64,000 nucleotides of DNA, taken from the NCBI RefSeq assembly GCF_044704955.1, contig NC_091995.1, positions 86,614,001 to 86,678,000 of the forward strand, read 5' to 3'. The notes under the pieces were generated by a model. The model did no database searches. It saw only the letters and a list, made by a program, of their open reading frames with translations, and was not told the origin of the DNA. This DNA comes from Pristiophorus japonicus (lineage: Eukaryota). The position numbers and the translations under genes are program-made. This document shows positions 23,746-36,221 of this stretch, one piece after another (the first letter of the stretch is position 1; every line of letters begins with the position of its first letter).

Positions 23746-24195
23746 GTGTCAGCCGTGGCTCAGTGGGCAGCACTCTCACCTGAGTCAGAAGGTTGTGGGT
23801 TCAAGTCCCACTGCAGAGACTTGAGCACATAAATCCAGGCTGACACTCCCAGTGCAGTGCTGAGGGAGTGCTACACTGTCAGGGGTGTCATCTTTCGGAT
23901 GAGACGTTAAACCGAGGACCCGTCTGCTCTCTCAGATGGATGTAAAAGATCCCACGGCACTATTTTGAAGAAGAGCACAGGAGTTATCCCCGGTGTCCTG
24001 GGCCAATATTTATCCCTCAATCAGTATAACAAAAACAGATTATCTGGTCATTATCACAGTGCTGTTTGTGGGAGCTTGCTGTGCGCTAACAGGCTGCAGC
24101 GTTTCCTACATTTCAACAGTGACTATACTTCATTGGCTGTGAAGTGCTTTGGGCGTTGTGAGGTCATGAAAGGCGCTATAGAAATGCAAGCCTTG
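23746..24195 (+). mobile_element. Full-length DeuSINE
   Basis: Head, core and tail present. Confidence 0.9.
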
Positions 24196-24909
24196 CTTCC
24201 TTGGCTGTAGCCAATCTGGTTGAGCTCGGTCAACCAAAGGTCCACTGGAAATGTTTAAACTGCCTGCACTGATTAAATGATTTGATCGGATAGATAGAGA
24301 GAAACTCTTTCCTCAGGTGGGGAGATTCCAGAATAACGGGGCATAACCTGAAAACTAGAGATAGGCAGTTGTGGGTGCTGTCAGGAAGCACTTCTTCACA
24401 CAAAGGGCGGTGGGACTCTGGAATAAAAACAACAAAATGCTGAAAACACTCCGCGAGTCAGGTAGCATCTGTGGAGAGAGAAACAGAGTTAACGTTTCAG
24501 GTCAATTACTTTTTGTCAGAACTGGAAAAAGTTAGAGATGTAACAGGTTTTAGGCAAGTGCAGAGGCAGGGAAAGGCGAAGAAAGAACAAAAGGGATGTT
24601 CTGGGAGCTTGCTGTGCACTAACTGGCTTCAGTGTTTCCTACATTACAACAGTGACTGCACAACAAAAAGTACTTTATTGGCTGTAAAGCACTTTGGGAT
24701 GTCCTGAGGTCATGAAAGGCGCTATAGAAATGCAAGTCCTTCTTCCAGGAGAGATTAAATGACAAAAGGGATGATGGTGCAAGGGACCTTGTGCACAAAT
24801 TGGCTGCTGTGTTTGCTTACATTACAATGGTGACTGCACTTCAGAAACACTGTGTTGGATGTGAAATGCTTTGGTACATCCTGAGGTCGTGAAGATGCTA
24901 TATAAATTA

Positions 24910-25322
24910 AATAGAGCCTATATTCTCTAGTGTTTGGAAGGTGATTTCATTGAAACGTATAAAATTCATAAGGGGCTTCACAGGGTAGATGCAGGGAGGA
25001 TGTTTCCCCCTGGCTGGGAAGTCTAGAACCAAGGGTCACAGTCTCAGAATAAAGGGGTCGGCCATTTAGGACTGCGATGAGGAGAAATTTCTTCACTCAA
25101 AAGGTTGTAATTATTTGAAATTCTCTACCCCAGAGGGCTGTGGAGGCTCAGTTGTTGAGTATATTCAAGGCAGAGATCGATAGATTTTTGGATACTAAGG
25201 AGATATGTGATCGGGCGGGAAAGTGGAGTTGAGGTAGAAATCATCCAGGATCTCATTGAATGGCGGAGCAGGCTCGAGGGGCCGAATGGCCGACTCCTGC
25301 TTCTCATTCTTATTTTCTTATT
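24910..25322 (+). mobile_element. CR1 3' fragment
   Basis: CR1 ORF2 end and 3'UTR GGGCCGAATGGCC...TTCTTAT. Confidence 0.85.
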
Positions 25323-25509
25323 AAGTCTTTATTTTCTTTCGTGGCTTATGGCTGACTGCTGATTTCCTTTTGGTGAGACTGTATTTTAGTTGCCAACCAT
25401 TAAGCCTTTGAGGATACACAGAACTTCTGCTTATTGTTTTGTTCTTGTTCGACTTGGGTGTAAAGTAACGAGTGTAATTCTCTACGCTCTGTGGTTATTT
25501 TCATTCTAG

Positions 25510-25675
25510 CAATCGACCCGCTGTAAGGAGACACCAATACCTCAGGGACATTCTACAAAAGTTTCTTAAGTCACGAGACTTGGAGACTGTGTATCGGGCC
25601 TTGACGCTGGGAGACTGGGCCTGGTATTACTTCCTGCACAAAACACCTCTCGAAGAAGAAATATTCAAAGCTCAG
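25510..25675 (+). CDS. KMT5C: KMT5C coding exon 2 (166 nt)
   Basis: NRPAVRRHQYLRDILQKFLKSRDLETVYRALTLGDWAWYYF...IFKAQ; TAG acceptor, CAG|GTGAGT donor, phase-compatible. Confidence 0.93.
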
Positions 25676-25744
25676 GTGAGTGAACAGGTGGATCTTTCGT
25701 TTCCTGAAGGTGCTGAGTCTTGTGGGGGTTCAAATGTTAGGTGT

Positions 25745-26019
25745 TGTAATGTATCTGCTTCTTGGGTTCTTTGCTTAAGAATTCATAGCAACACATTGCT
25801 ATTAAGACTAATTGCTTTATTAGCATACGGTTTAACAATCACACTACACATTACCAGTTCATCCACCAGGCTCACAACCATCTGCCTCATTGTGGATCCC
25901 CCAAACCCAACTGGCTGGGGTTTTATTGAGTCGTGTGAACATCACTTGACTGGCTAAGCCACTCACAATGCAGCAGCTCAACCAACCTGTGAGCATGCTC
26001 GCAGGGTGCATACATTACA
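25745..26019 (-). mobile_element. Intact solo LTR, 275 bp
   Basis: 10-bp terminal inverted repeat TGTAATGTAT...ATACATTACA; same family as 9291-9939, 30068-30304 and 31360-31410. Confidence 0.85.
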
Positions 26020-26873
26020 GCAGTCCTCGCCACCACGCCCAAGTGCCCAATCTTCGTGCATATGCCTAGACAGGATTTTGTAGACTATTCAACTGTGGAG
26101 GTCATCATTGCCACGCCCTATTCCAATCTTCACCCATCGTCCATACGTGGATTTTGCAAGACATGACAGGATGGGCGGGAAATAACCCCCTGGATGATTT
26201 TCTGTTTCTTTGTTCCCTCCTCCCTAACTACAAGTGCTGTGGCTCAGTGGGTGGCACTCTCGCCTCCAGGTCAGAATGTTGTCGGCTCAAGCCCCACTCT
26301 AGAGACTTGAGCACAAAGATCTAGGCTTACACTCCAGTTGGTTATGAGGGAGCGCTGCACTATTGGAGGTGCCGTCTTTCAGTTGAGACGTTAAACCGAG
26401 GTCCTATCTGGTGGACATAAAAGATCCCACGGCAATATTTCGAAGAAGAGCAGGGGAGTTATCCCTAGTGTCCTGACCAATTATTTAAGATCCGGCATGA
26501 TCTTATTGAATGGTGGAGCAGCCTCGAGGGGCTGTGTGGCCTTACAACAGTGACCACACCCCCACGCATACCCCCCACACATCCACACGCCCCTCCTACA
26601 CCCCCCCGGACTAGTGGATTGTCGTAAAAACCCATCTGGTTCACTAATGTCCTTTAGGGAAGGAAATGTGACTGCAGACACACAGCAAGGTGGTTGACTC
26701 ATAACTGCCCCTGAAATGGCAGCTCACCAACTTCTCGAGGGCAATCAGGCATGGGTAATAAATGCTGGCTTTGCCAGTGGCACCCACATCGCGTGAATGA
26801 ATAAGAAAAAAATAATTTACTGTAGAAATGTTTTATTTATTTGTTAAACTCCTGACTTCTGGCCTTGATTTAG

Positions 26874-26983
26874 GTATTCCGTTACCTTCGAATATTCCTA
26901 CCTGAAAGTGGCTTTGAAATTCTACCGTGTAATCGATATTCTTCAGAATCCAACGGAGCCAAGATTGTGTCCTTGAGAAAGTG
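26874..26983 (+). CDS. KMT5C: KMT5C coding exon 3 (110 nt)
   Basis: [37 protein letters not shown]; AG/GT boundaries. Confidence 0.95.
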
Positions 26984-27512
26984 GTATGTTTCTTTGCCTT
27001 TAATATGATACAAGCCTTGGAGTGGATGGTGTCGTGGGCTAAGACGTTGGCCTGTCTCTTCTGTAACTTGGGTTGAAGTCCAGCCAGGCTAATAGAAAAA
27101 ACGTGTCAGCTTTGCTCAGTTGGTTGCACACGTGTCTCTCTGTCAGAAGATCACGAGTTCAAGTCCCACTCCAGGACCTGAGCACCAAGCCCAGGCTGAC
27201 GGTTCAGTGCAAATGCTGCACTTTTGGATGAGATAAAACAATGGTCCTGGCTGCCTGTTCAGGTGGACACAAACGATCCCATGCTGCAATTCAGAAAAGA
27301 GCAGAGAGTTCTCCAAAAGCAAAATACTGCGGATGCTGGAATCTGGAATAAGAACAGAAAATGCTGGTAATCTCAGCGGGTCAGGCAGCATCTGTGGCGA
27401 GGAAGCAGAGTTAACGTTTCGGGTCGATGACCCTCCATCAGAACTAGAGAATTCTCGAAGTCGTCTGGCCAATATTTATCCCCCAGCCTACGTAACTAAA
27501 AAGAAGATATTA

Positions 27513-28230
27513 TAAGAACATAAGAAATAGGAACAGGAGTAGGCCATATGGCCCCTCGAGCCTGCTCCGCCATTCAATAAGATCATGGCTGATCTGATCA
27601 TGAACTCAGCTCCACTTCCCTGCCCGCACCCCATAACCTCTTATCTCTTTATCGTTTAAGAAACTGTCTATTTCTTTCTTAAATTTATTCAATGTCCCAG
27701 CTTCCACAGCTCTCTGAGGCAACAAATTTCACAGATTTACAACCCTCTGAGAGAAGAAATTTCTCCTCATCTCTGTTTTAAGATCATGCCCTCTAGTTCT
27801 AGTCTCTCCCATCAGTGGAAACATTCTCTCTGCATCCACCTTGTCAAGCCCCTCATAATCTTATACATTTTGATAAGATCACCTCTCATTCTTCTGAATT
27901 CAAATGAGTAGAGGCCCAACCTACTCAACCTTTCCTCATAAGTCAACCCCTGCATCTCCAGAATCAACCTAGTGAAACTTCTCTGAACTGCCTCCAATGC
28001 AAGTCCTTCCTTAAATACGGAGACCAAAACTGCACGCAGTATTCCAGGTGTGGCCTCACCAATACCCTGTATAACTGTAGCAAGACTTCCCTGCTTTTAT
28101 ACTCCTTTGCAATAAAAGCCAAGATTCCATTGGCCTTCCTGATCACTTGCTGTACCTGCATACTATCCTTTTGTGTTTCATGCACCAGGACCCCCAGGTC
28201 CCGCTGTACTGCAGCACTTTGCAATCTTTC
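27513..28230 (-). mobile_element. 5'-truncated CR1
   Basis: RDLGVLVH...LVRPHLEYCVQFWSPYL; same subfamily as 5848-6563 and 63380-64000. Confidence 0.9.
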
Positions 28231-29306
28231 TCTGGTCATTGTGCGCAGATTGGCTGATGCGTTTCCTACATTACAACAGTAACTACACCTCAAAACTACG
28301 TCATTGGCTGTAAAGCGCTGAGAGACAATCCGAAGTTGTGAAAGGTGCTCGTCTTTTTATACAAAAGCAAAATACTGCGGATGCTGGAATCTCGATTAAA
28401 AACAGAAACTGCTGGAAATTGCCCATCCCTAATTTGGCAGTTGGTCATTATCCCTCCATTCACACCCTATCTTGACTAATGCTTTTCTAATTCCTGACAT
28501 TCCCATTTCAATTCGGCCCATCATCCCTTTTGTCTCTCTAATCTCTCCTGCCTTCCACCCTATCACAGACCTTCCCTTTTGTTCTTTCTTCCCCTCCCCC
28601 TTTCAGTACTTGTTAAGAATCTGTTCATCTCGAACACTTCAGTTCTGACGAAGGGTCATCGACCCGAAATGTTAACTCTGTTTCCTCTCCACACATGGTG
28701 CTGGGATTTCCAGTATTTTCCGACTTTTTTATGATTGCCTACTGGGGCATCATGTCAGCTGGAGCTCACCGAGGAAGCTTGCAACTGGCCACAATGGCAC
28801 ATCTTTGGCATAAGAACAAATTAACCCTAGGCTGCTTTTTCATACCACGTTTCTATTTTTCCTCCCAAAGTGGATAACTTCACCTTTCTCCACATTATAT
28901 TCCAGTTGCCTTGTACTTGCCCACTCACTTAGCCTGTCTATATCCCCTTGAAGCCTCTTTGCATCCTCCTCACAACTTACATTCCCACCGAGCTTTGTAT
29001 CATGAGCAAACTTGGATATATTACATTTGGTCCCCTCATCCAAATCATTGATACCCTGGATGTGTGTGTTATTTTATCCCTCCCTCACACTGAGGTGAAG
29101 AGGCCAGTTGTAGGGCCCTTGCTACATCCTTGACTGGGCTAAGCTAACTCCGCAAAGTCTGTGCATCCCAGGATCTTTCTGGTTTGCACAAAACAGTGCA
29201 TTTACCAGCCGAGCCACTGGGGTTTGTGCGGTAATGTCTTGGAGCAGCTTTCCCCCGACCCCAAAACACCACCTGTTTAATCAGCAGTTTGGTTCTTATT
29301 CAACAG

Positions 29307-29470
29307 GAAGGAGAATGATAAGATCGAGCTGCTTGTCGGCTGCCTGGCAGAACTTTCCGAAGAGGAGGAATCCCTCCTGCGCCCAGGGGAGAATGACTTC
29401 AGCGTGATGTACTCCACCCGCAAAAAATGTGCCCAGCTCTGGCTGGGGCCTGCTTCCTTCATCAACCACG
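29307..29470 (+). CDS. KMT5C: KMT5C coding exon 4 (SET domain, 164 nt)
   Basis: [54 protein letters not shown]; CAG acceptor, G|GTATGT donor. Confidence 0.96.
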
Positions 29471-30067
29471 GTATGTGGATAACTGGCCTTTTACAGGGGA
29501 AGGGAAATCGGAGGGGAGGTACTTTTTGTCAAAAGTATTCCGCCAATTTTATTTGATATAATTAAACACTTCGAGAAATCTTCTGACTTTTTTTTTTGAG
29601 ATATAAATGATCTTGGGGAGATGTGCCAGGTCTGGGTGCCTCTGCTTTGCTCACTCTGTGACATGTCACTGACAAGGACCGAGATGAGGAGAAACTTCTT
29701 CACCCAGAGAGTGGTGAACCTGTGGAATTCTCTACCACAGAAAGTTGTTGAGGCCAATTCACTAAATATATTCAAAAAGGAGTTGGATGTAGTCCTTACT
29801 ACTAGGGGGATCAAGGGGTATGGCGAGAAAGCAGGAATGGGGTACTGAAGTTGCATGTTCAGCCATGAACTCATTGAATGGTGGTGCAGGCTAGAAGGGC
29901 CGAATGGCCTACTCCTGCACCTATTTTCTATGTTTCTATGTTTCTTTAGTGCTCTGAAGTGGCTCCACTGGTGCAATGTATCCATTGAACATTGCACGCT
30001 TGGGTTTGAATCCCATCTTCGTCATTATTGTGTTAAACTTTGACGCTTCTGGTTGTTTACTGAAAGA

Positions 30068-30304
30068 GTTGTAGAGCTGTCGCATTGCGAGTGGCTTAGC
30101 CAGTCACGTGATGTTCACAAGACTCAATAAAACCCCAGCCAGTTGGGTCTAGGTCATCCACGATGAGGTATGCAGTTGTGAACCCAGTGGATGAACTGGT
30201 AATGTGTAGTGTGATTGTTCAACCTTTGTTAATAAACTAACTAGTTCTTAATAGCAATATGTTGTTATGAATGCTTAATACATTCATGAAGCAAATACAT
30301 TACA
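30068..30304 (+). mobile_element. 3' part of the same LTR family, beginning at the Tx1 target site
   Basis: GTTGTAGAGCTGTCG...ATACATTACA; aligns to 9699-9939. Confidence 0.8.
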
Positions 30305-30403
30305 ATTGGAAACAGTGAATCCACGGCTTTTGTCCAAGCCCCGGGGCCTAACCCAGAGCTAGCTGACCCCGAAATGCCTCTATAGCAGCTAGTGGCCCAG
30401 CTT

Positions 30404-30762
30404 AAGAACATAAGAAATAGGAGTGGGAGTCGGCTATTCAGCCCCTCGAGCCTGCTCTGCCATTCAATATCATGGCTGATCTTCGACCTCAACTCAACTT
30501 TCCTGCTTGATCCCCATATCCCTTGATTCCCGCTAAAATTCTATCGATCTCCGCCTTGAATATACTCAACGACTCTGCATCCACAGACCTCTGGGGCAGA
30601 GAATTTCAAAGATTCACAACTCTCTGAGTGAAGAAATTCCTCCTCAGCTCAGTCTTAAATGGCCGACCCCTTATCCTGAGACTGTGCCCCCTGGTTCTAG
30701 ACACTCCAGCCATGGGGAAACAACCTCTCAGCATCTACCCTGTCAATCCCCCTCAGAATCTT
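30404..30762 (-). mobile_element. CR1 3' fragment
   Basis: AAGAACATAAGAAATAGG tail and CR1 ORF2 end. Confidence 0.85.
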
Positions 30763-31634
30763 ATTACAGCACAAAGCCTCAAGGTGATCTTGGTCCTATT
30801 TGACCACGGAGCCATGATCTGTCTTTGGATTTTCTTTGCTTATAGCTACCATTTACACCACAGGCATCTAACTAGGATGTAGCCATGATATAAAAAGAAG
30901 ATAATGTGCGTATAGAAATACCAGTGGAAACACAAGTCCTATCTTTGCTGGCCTGTTGTCCTGATTTCAGGACGGTAAAGTTTGCGCCCGGGAACAGTTT
31001 GCGCCTCAGTCATCAAAATTGGGCAGCTGGGCCCCGAGTGTGGGGCGGAGCGCTAAGGGAGGCGTTACACACCTCTCTCGGGGCACTAAGCTGGCTGAGC
31101 ATGGGAAAATCCCGAGCTAAACAGCCGGCCTTGGAGCACTCTAAGTGAGGCCTGGAAGAAAACAAAAAACCTGAAAAACCCACCAAAAACATTCCCAATA
31201 AATAACTCACGCCACCACAACATAAAACAGTTTAAAGAAAAAGAAGAAAAAAAAATCACACTTGCCTGAGGTCGACATTACTTACCTCACTGTGGCCGCG
31301 ACAGCTCAGAACGCCTGCTTCCACAGACGGTCCCAGCAGGGCGCTCTACAGAGAGCTAATGTGTTGCTATGAATTCGTAGGCAAAGAACCCATGAAGCAA
31401 ATACATTACAGAAACTTCAGCAAAGCCCATTGGAAGTCTCGGTAAACCACATCATCGGGCTTCCCGCAGTCCACTTGGGATGTAACTTCCTCAAAGAAGT
31501 CAAGGAGGTTTGGTCAGGCACAATTGAGCCTTTCTGAATCCCTATTGGTTGCTGTTTACTAGGTCATTATTGTGCAGATTATCCTCACATATCCTTTACT
31601 CCTAATAATCAATACTACTGTACACTGTACTGTA

Positions 31635-32195
31635 CATCGTTATAGGCAGTCCCTCGGAATTGAGGAAGACTTGCTTCCACTCTAAAAATGAGTCCTTAGG
31701 TGACTGAACAGTCCAATACACAGTCCCTGTCACAGGTGGGACAGATAGTCGTTGAGGGAAAGGGTGGGTGGGACTGGTTTACCGCACGCTCTTTCCACTG
31801 CCTGCGCTTGATTTCTGCATGCTCTCGGCGATGAGACTCGAGGTGCTCAGCGCCCTCCCGGATGCACTTCCTCCACTTAGGGACTCCCAGGTGTCAGTGG
31901 TGATGTTGCACTTTATCAGGGAGGCTTTGAGGGTGTCCTTGTAACGTTTCCTCTGCCCACCTTTGGCTTGTTTGCTGTGAAGGAGTTCGAGTAGAGCGCT
32001 TGCTTTGGGAGTCTCGTGTCTGGCATGCGGACAATGTGGCTTGCCCAGTGGAGCTGATCAAGTGGCTCAGAGAAATGGGCCATGTACAGTAGACACCTCA
32101 AGTCGCAGGAGAAATACCACCAACGATGTCTCCGCAAGATCCTGCAAATCCCCTGGGAGGACAGATGCACCAACGTTGGCGTCCTTGATCAGGCC
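31635..32195 (-). mobile_element. RTE LINE fragment, internally rearranged
   Basis: LHWASHIVRMPDTRLPKQALYS motif and RTE tail; 32065-32195 is in the opposite orientation. Confidence 0.8.
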
Positions 32196-32243
32196 AAAAA
32201 CTATACTGTACACCATACTGAAGTAAGGCTAATGAGTCTATAG

Positions 32244-32376
32244 CAATGTTCCCTCTAATTTTTTCTGGCACCGCGCAGCCTCTTTAAGAGGCTGTGCAGG
32301 CCACATAAAATAATGCGCATGCGCGGTTTTTACATTGCGTGGGATCCCTGGAGTGCGCAACTGAAGGGGAACGTTG
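32244..32376. mobile_element. hAT-like MITE, 133 bp
   Basis: TIRs CAATGTTCCC / GGGAACGTTG; 8-bp flanks GTCTATAG / GTATGTAG (6/8). Related copies near 13240-13402 and 33860-33945. Confidence 0.7.
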
Positions 32377-32865
32377 GTATGTAGTTGCCGGTTTTGTTCA
32401 CCTTTTTGACAATGGGCATCACACTAGCATGTTTCCAGTCTACTGATATCTCCCCAGTGGCTATCGCCTTCCTCTTAATGATCGTTGATGTCTCTCCGAT
32501 CTCCTCCCCGAGTCTCTTTCAGCACTCTGGGATAAATATCACCGAACCCTGGGGATTTATCTGTCTGGAACCCTTTAGACGTTCCACCTTCCATCTAATT
32601 AATGTCGATCCTTTAAATGAACCAAGTGAATTTTGCATTCAACGCTGTTCTGAATCAAGGTTTACTGTATTAAAATGGTGAACTTGATTCTCTTACTGTT
32701 CTAAACAGACGTTAGAGAGTGGTTGCATCATCAGAGTCAACAAATGTATTACTTGCAAACCAGGCATTGTGCTCAAAAGTTTCTATTTTTTTTGAAAGGT
32801 GCATGTTTGAATAAAGTTAATTGTATTAATATATTTTTTTTCTCTTTTCTCTCTGTGTCCCGAAG

Positions 32866-32885
32866 ACTGCAGATCAAACTGTAAG
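32866..32885 (+). CDS. KMT5C: KMT5C coding exon 5, 20-nt micro-exon
   Basis: Long pyrimidine tract, AAG acceptor, ACTGCAGATCAAACTGTAAG|GTAAGA; supplies DCRSNCK and restores frame between INH and FVP. Confidence 0.92.
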
Positions 32886-33147
32886 GTAAGAGAGCGGTCA
32901 TTCTCTCAGCGGGTTTTATACTGTCGGAGCAGCAGCCTCGTGTTGAACTAGGGGATTGTCCTGTCACTCTCAGCGCCACACTCAAATCATTTTCAAATCA
33001 TCGTCAAATTCATATCATTTTAAAATTTTACTCATTTTTTTTCCAACCCCTCACAAAGTTGCCAACTCGCGTTGGGAGTGTCAGCTTGGCTCTGAATCAG
33101 CAGATTTGGAGTTCAACCCTGCAGCACACCTGAACACAATAATAGAC

Positions 33148-33553
33148 ATCATAGAACTTTACAGCACGGAAGGAGGCCATTTTGGCCCATCGTGTCCACG
33201 CCGGATGACAAAGAGCTATCCAGATAATCCCACTTTCCAGCTCTAGTTCCGTAGCCCTGTAGGTTACGGCACTTCAAGTGCACATCCAAGTACTTTTTAA
33301 ATCTGGTGAGGGTTTCTGCCTCTACCACCCTTTCAGGCAATGAGTTCCAGACCCCCACCACCCTCTGGGTGAAGAAATTTCCCCTCAAACCCCCTCTAAA
33401 CCTCCTACCAATTACTTTAGATCTATGCCCCCTGGTTGTTGACCCCTCTGCTAAGGGAAATAGGTCCTTCCTATCCACTCTATCTAGGCCCCTCATAATT
33501 TTATACACCTCAATCAGGTATCCCCTCAGCCTCCTCTGCTCCAAATAAAACCA
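33148..33553 (-). mobile_element. CR1 3' fragment (second subfamily)
   Basis: EQRRLRGYLIEVYKIM...NFFTQRVVGVWNSLPERVV; same subfamily as 56557-57115. Confidence 0.9.
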
Positions 33554-35128
33554 AAGAGATAATCTATCTCAGCGTGGTACTCGGGGAGTGCTGCATTGTC
33601 TGAGTTGCTGTTTTTTTATTTTGAATGAGATGTTTTAGCAGGTGGCTCTGTCTGCCTGTTTAAGAACATAAGGAATAGGAGCAAGATTCGGCAATTTGGC
33701 CTCTCGAGCCTGCTCCGCCATTTAATAAGATCATGGCTGATCTGATCTTGGACTCAGCTCCACTTTCCTGCCCGTTCCCCATGACCCTTGACCCCCGTTT
33801 AGGTGGATATAAAAGCAGTTCAAAAAATTACTTCTACTGACCAACACAGGCCGGGACCGGCTTTTGCAATGTTAAAGTTCGCATGCGCGGAGCTGTCAAT
33901 AGGGATTGCATGCCATCCCCCCCCAAAGAATGATGGGAAACATTGCTCCTAGCCAACATTGTTTCCTCTTGCAGTACTACCTAAACCGAGTAACAGGCCT
34001 TCACCTCACTTGCTGTTTTTGTGCTTGGATAATTGGCTGCCATGTTTGGCTACAAAAGATTGAGGCCTTCAGTGCAAAAGTAATTTGTCGGCTGTGTTTT
34101 GGCACGTCCCGTGGATCTGAAAAGATTTTAATTTGCTCACTTGGTGTTCGTACACGAGCGCTGGTAATTAGGAGCGCTACTCCACCCCCCCCACATACGA
34201 TAAAATGCATTTATATCGCGCCTTGAACGTAGTAAAATTTCCCAAGGAGCTTCGGAGGCACATTATCAGCCAAAATCTGACACCAATCCCTGCTCTGTGC
34301 GGATCTCGGGTGAAGATTAAACAAAAGGATGTTGGAAATATGAAAATACACAGCAAGTCTGTCAGCATTTGGAAAGACAAGATGAAGTTTTGGATAGGGA
34401 CCCTTTATTGGAGCCTTGTATATCATCCGATACTTCACACTTTTTAAACCCAGGTTTTTAAACCCATTCACAGGTTATTAAACCCATTTCCTGCCTTTAC
34501 TGGGACTCGAGATCTGTTTTTATTTCAATTGTGATCAAAAACAGCAACAACTAGTATTTATACAGCGCCTTTAGCGTAGCAAAACATCCCAAGGCTCTTC
34601 ACAGGAGCGTTATCAGACAAGGTTTGACACCAAGCCACATAAGGGGATTTTAGGGCAGGCTTGGTCAAAGAGAGGGGTTTTAAGGAGCGTCTTAGAGGAT
34701 AGAGAGGTTTAGGAAGGGAATTCCAGAGCTTACGGCCTCGGCAACGGAAGGCACGGCTACCGATGATAGATGGATTGAAATCGGGGATGCACAAGAGGCC
34801 AGAATTAGAGGAGCGCAGAGATCTCGGAGTGTTGTCGGGCTGGAGGAGATTATTGTTTTGAGGAGCGTCTTAAAGGGGTAGAGAGGCGGAGAGGTTTAGG
34901 AAGGGAGTTCTCGAGACAGCACAGCTAAAAGTGGAAAGTCACGGCAGAAGGCAGTCAAGGGTTCTGGGGAGTGGGCAGGGAAGTGGAGTTGAGGCCAAGA
35001 TCAGATCAGCCGTGAGCTTACTGAACGACTGAGCAGGCTCGAGGGGCCAAATGACCTGCTCCTGCTCCTGTTTCCTGCTGCTTTGTGATTCACATCCGTC
35101 TCGTATTTCTCTTTCGTTTCTTACACAG

Positions 35129-35265
35129 TTTGTTCCAACTGAAGGCGACCGGGCGTGTGTCAAAGTGCTTCGAGACATCGATCCCGGAGATGAGATCACC
35201 TGTTACTACGGTGACAGTTTTTTTGGTGAAAACAATGAGCTGTGCGAATGCTACACGTGTGAAAG
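35129..35265 (+). CDS. KMT5C: KMT5C coding exon 6 (SET C-terminus/post-SET, 137 nt)
   Basis: [46 protein letters not shown]. Confidence 0.96.
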
Positions 35266-35541
35266 GTGAGGAGTTAAAATAACCCTGAGTTTTTCCCTAG
35301 GCCGCCTCATCCAGTGTCAGAAACCTTAAGTTGAACGCAACTATTGCAGTGGCTTTTGCCGTCACCATACATTTTAGGCTGGCTTTTGGCATTATATTGA
35401 AGGGCTATGCCAGCACCCATTAACTATACACCAGCAGCAATCAACACCTCCCTGGGAACTAGTGAATGATCAGAAATCCAGTAATGAAGACCCATTTTTT
35501 ATTATTATTTTTTTTTAAAGAGTTGACCTTTACATTTTACG

Positions 35542-36006
35542 TGTCAGCTGTGGCTCAGTGGGCAGCACCCTCGCCTCTGAGTCAGAAGGTTGTGGGTTCA
35601 AGTCCCACTCCAGGGACTTGAGCACAAAAATCTAGTCTGACATTCCAGCGCAGAGGTGAGGGAGTGCTGCACTGTTGGAGGTGCCATTCTTTTGGATGAG
35701 ACGTTAAACCAAGGCCCCGTCTGCTCTCTCAGGTGAAAGTAAAAGATCCCATGGCACTATTTCGAAGAAGAGCAGGGGGAGTTATCCCCGGTGTCCCAGC
35801 CAATATTTATCCCTCACTCAACATCCCTAAAACAGATTATCTGGTCATTATCACAGATAAATTGTGGGAGCTTGCTGTGCGCAAATTGGCTGCCGCGTTT
35901 CCTACAACAGGGACTACAGTTTAAAAAAAATACTGCGTTGGTTGTAAAGCACTTTGGGACATCTGGTGGTCGTGAAAGGCGCTATATAAATGCAAGTCTT
36001 TTTTTT
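35542..36006 (+). mobile_element. Full-length DeuSINE abutting a KMT5C splice acceptor
   Basis: Head at 35542; tail AAATGCAAGTCTTTTTTTT runs directly into CCAG|exon. Confidence 0.9.
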
Positions 36007-36010
36007 CCAG

Positions 36011-36192
36011 GCGAGGAGAAGGAGCCTTCAGGATGAAGAAGCGTGATGTTGAGATGGACGCCCTCTGCAAGTACGGACTGAGAGAGACGGACAGTCGCTT
36101 GAGTCGTATGAAAGAGAAGGGCAAAGGGAGACGGCCCAATGCAACGCGTGTTGATTTGTACCAGAAAACCCCCGAGAGGCCGCTGTGGCAGA
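36011..36192 (+). CDS. KMT5C: KMT5C coding exon 7 (182 nt)
   Basis: RGEGAFRMKK...KYGLRETDSRLSR...PLWQ; donor A|GTGAGT. Confidence 0.92.
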
Positions 36193-36221
36193 GTGAGTAC
36201 TGTCGCGGAAGAAGTTTATGC

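Noticed and set aside
25740-26024. TSD for the intact solo LTR
   Set aside because: Flanks GGTGT and GCAGT match only 3/5, so no TSD is claimed.
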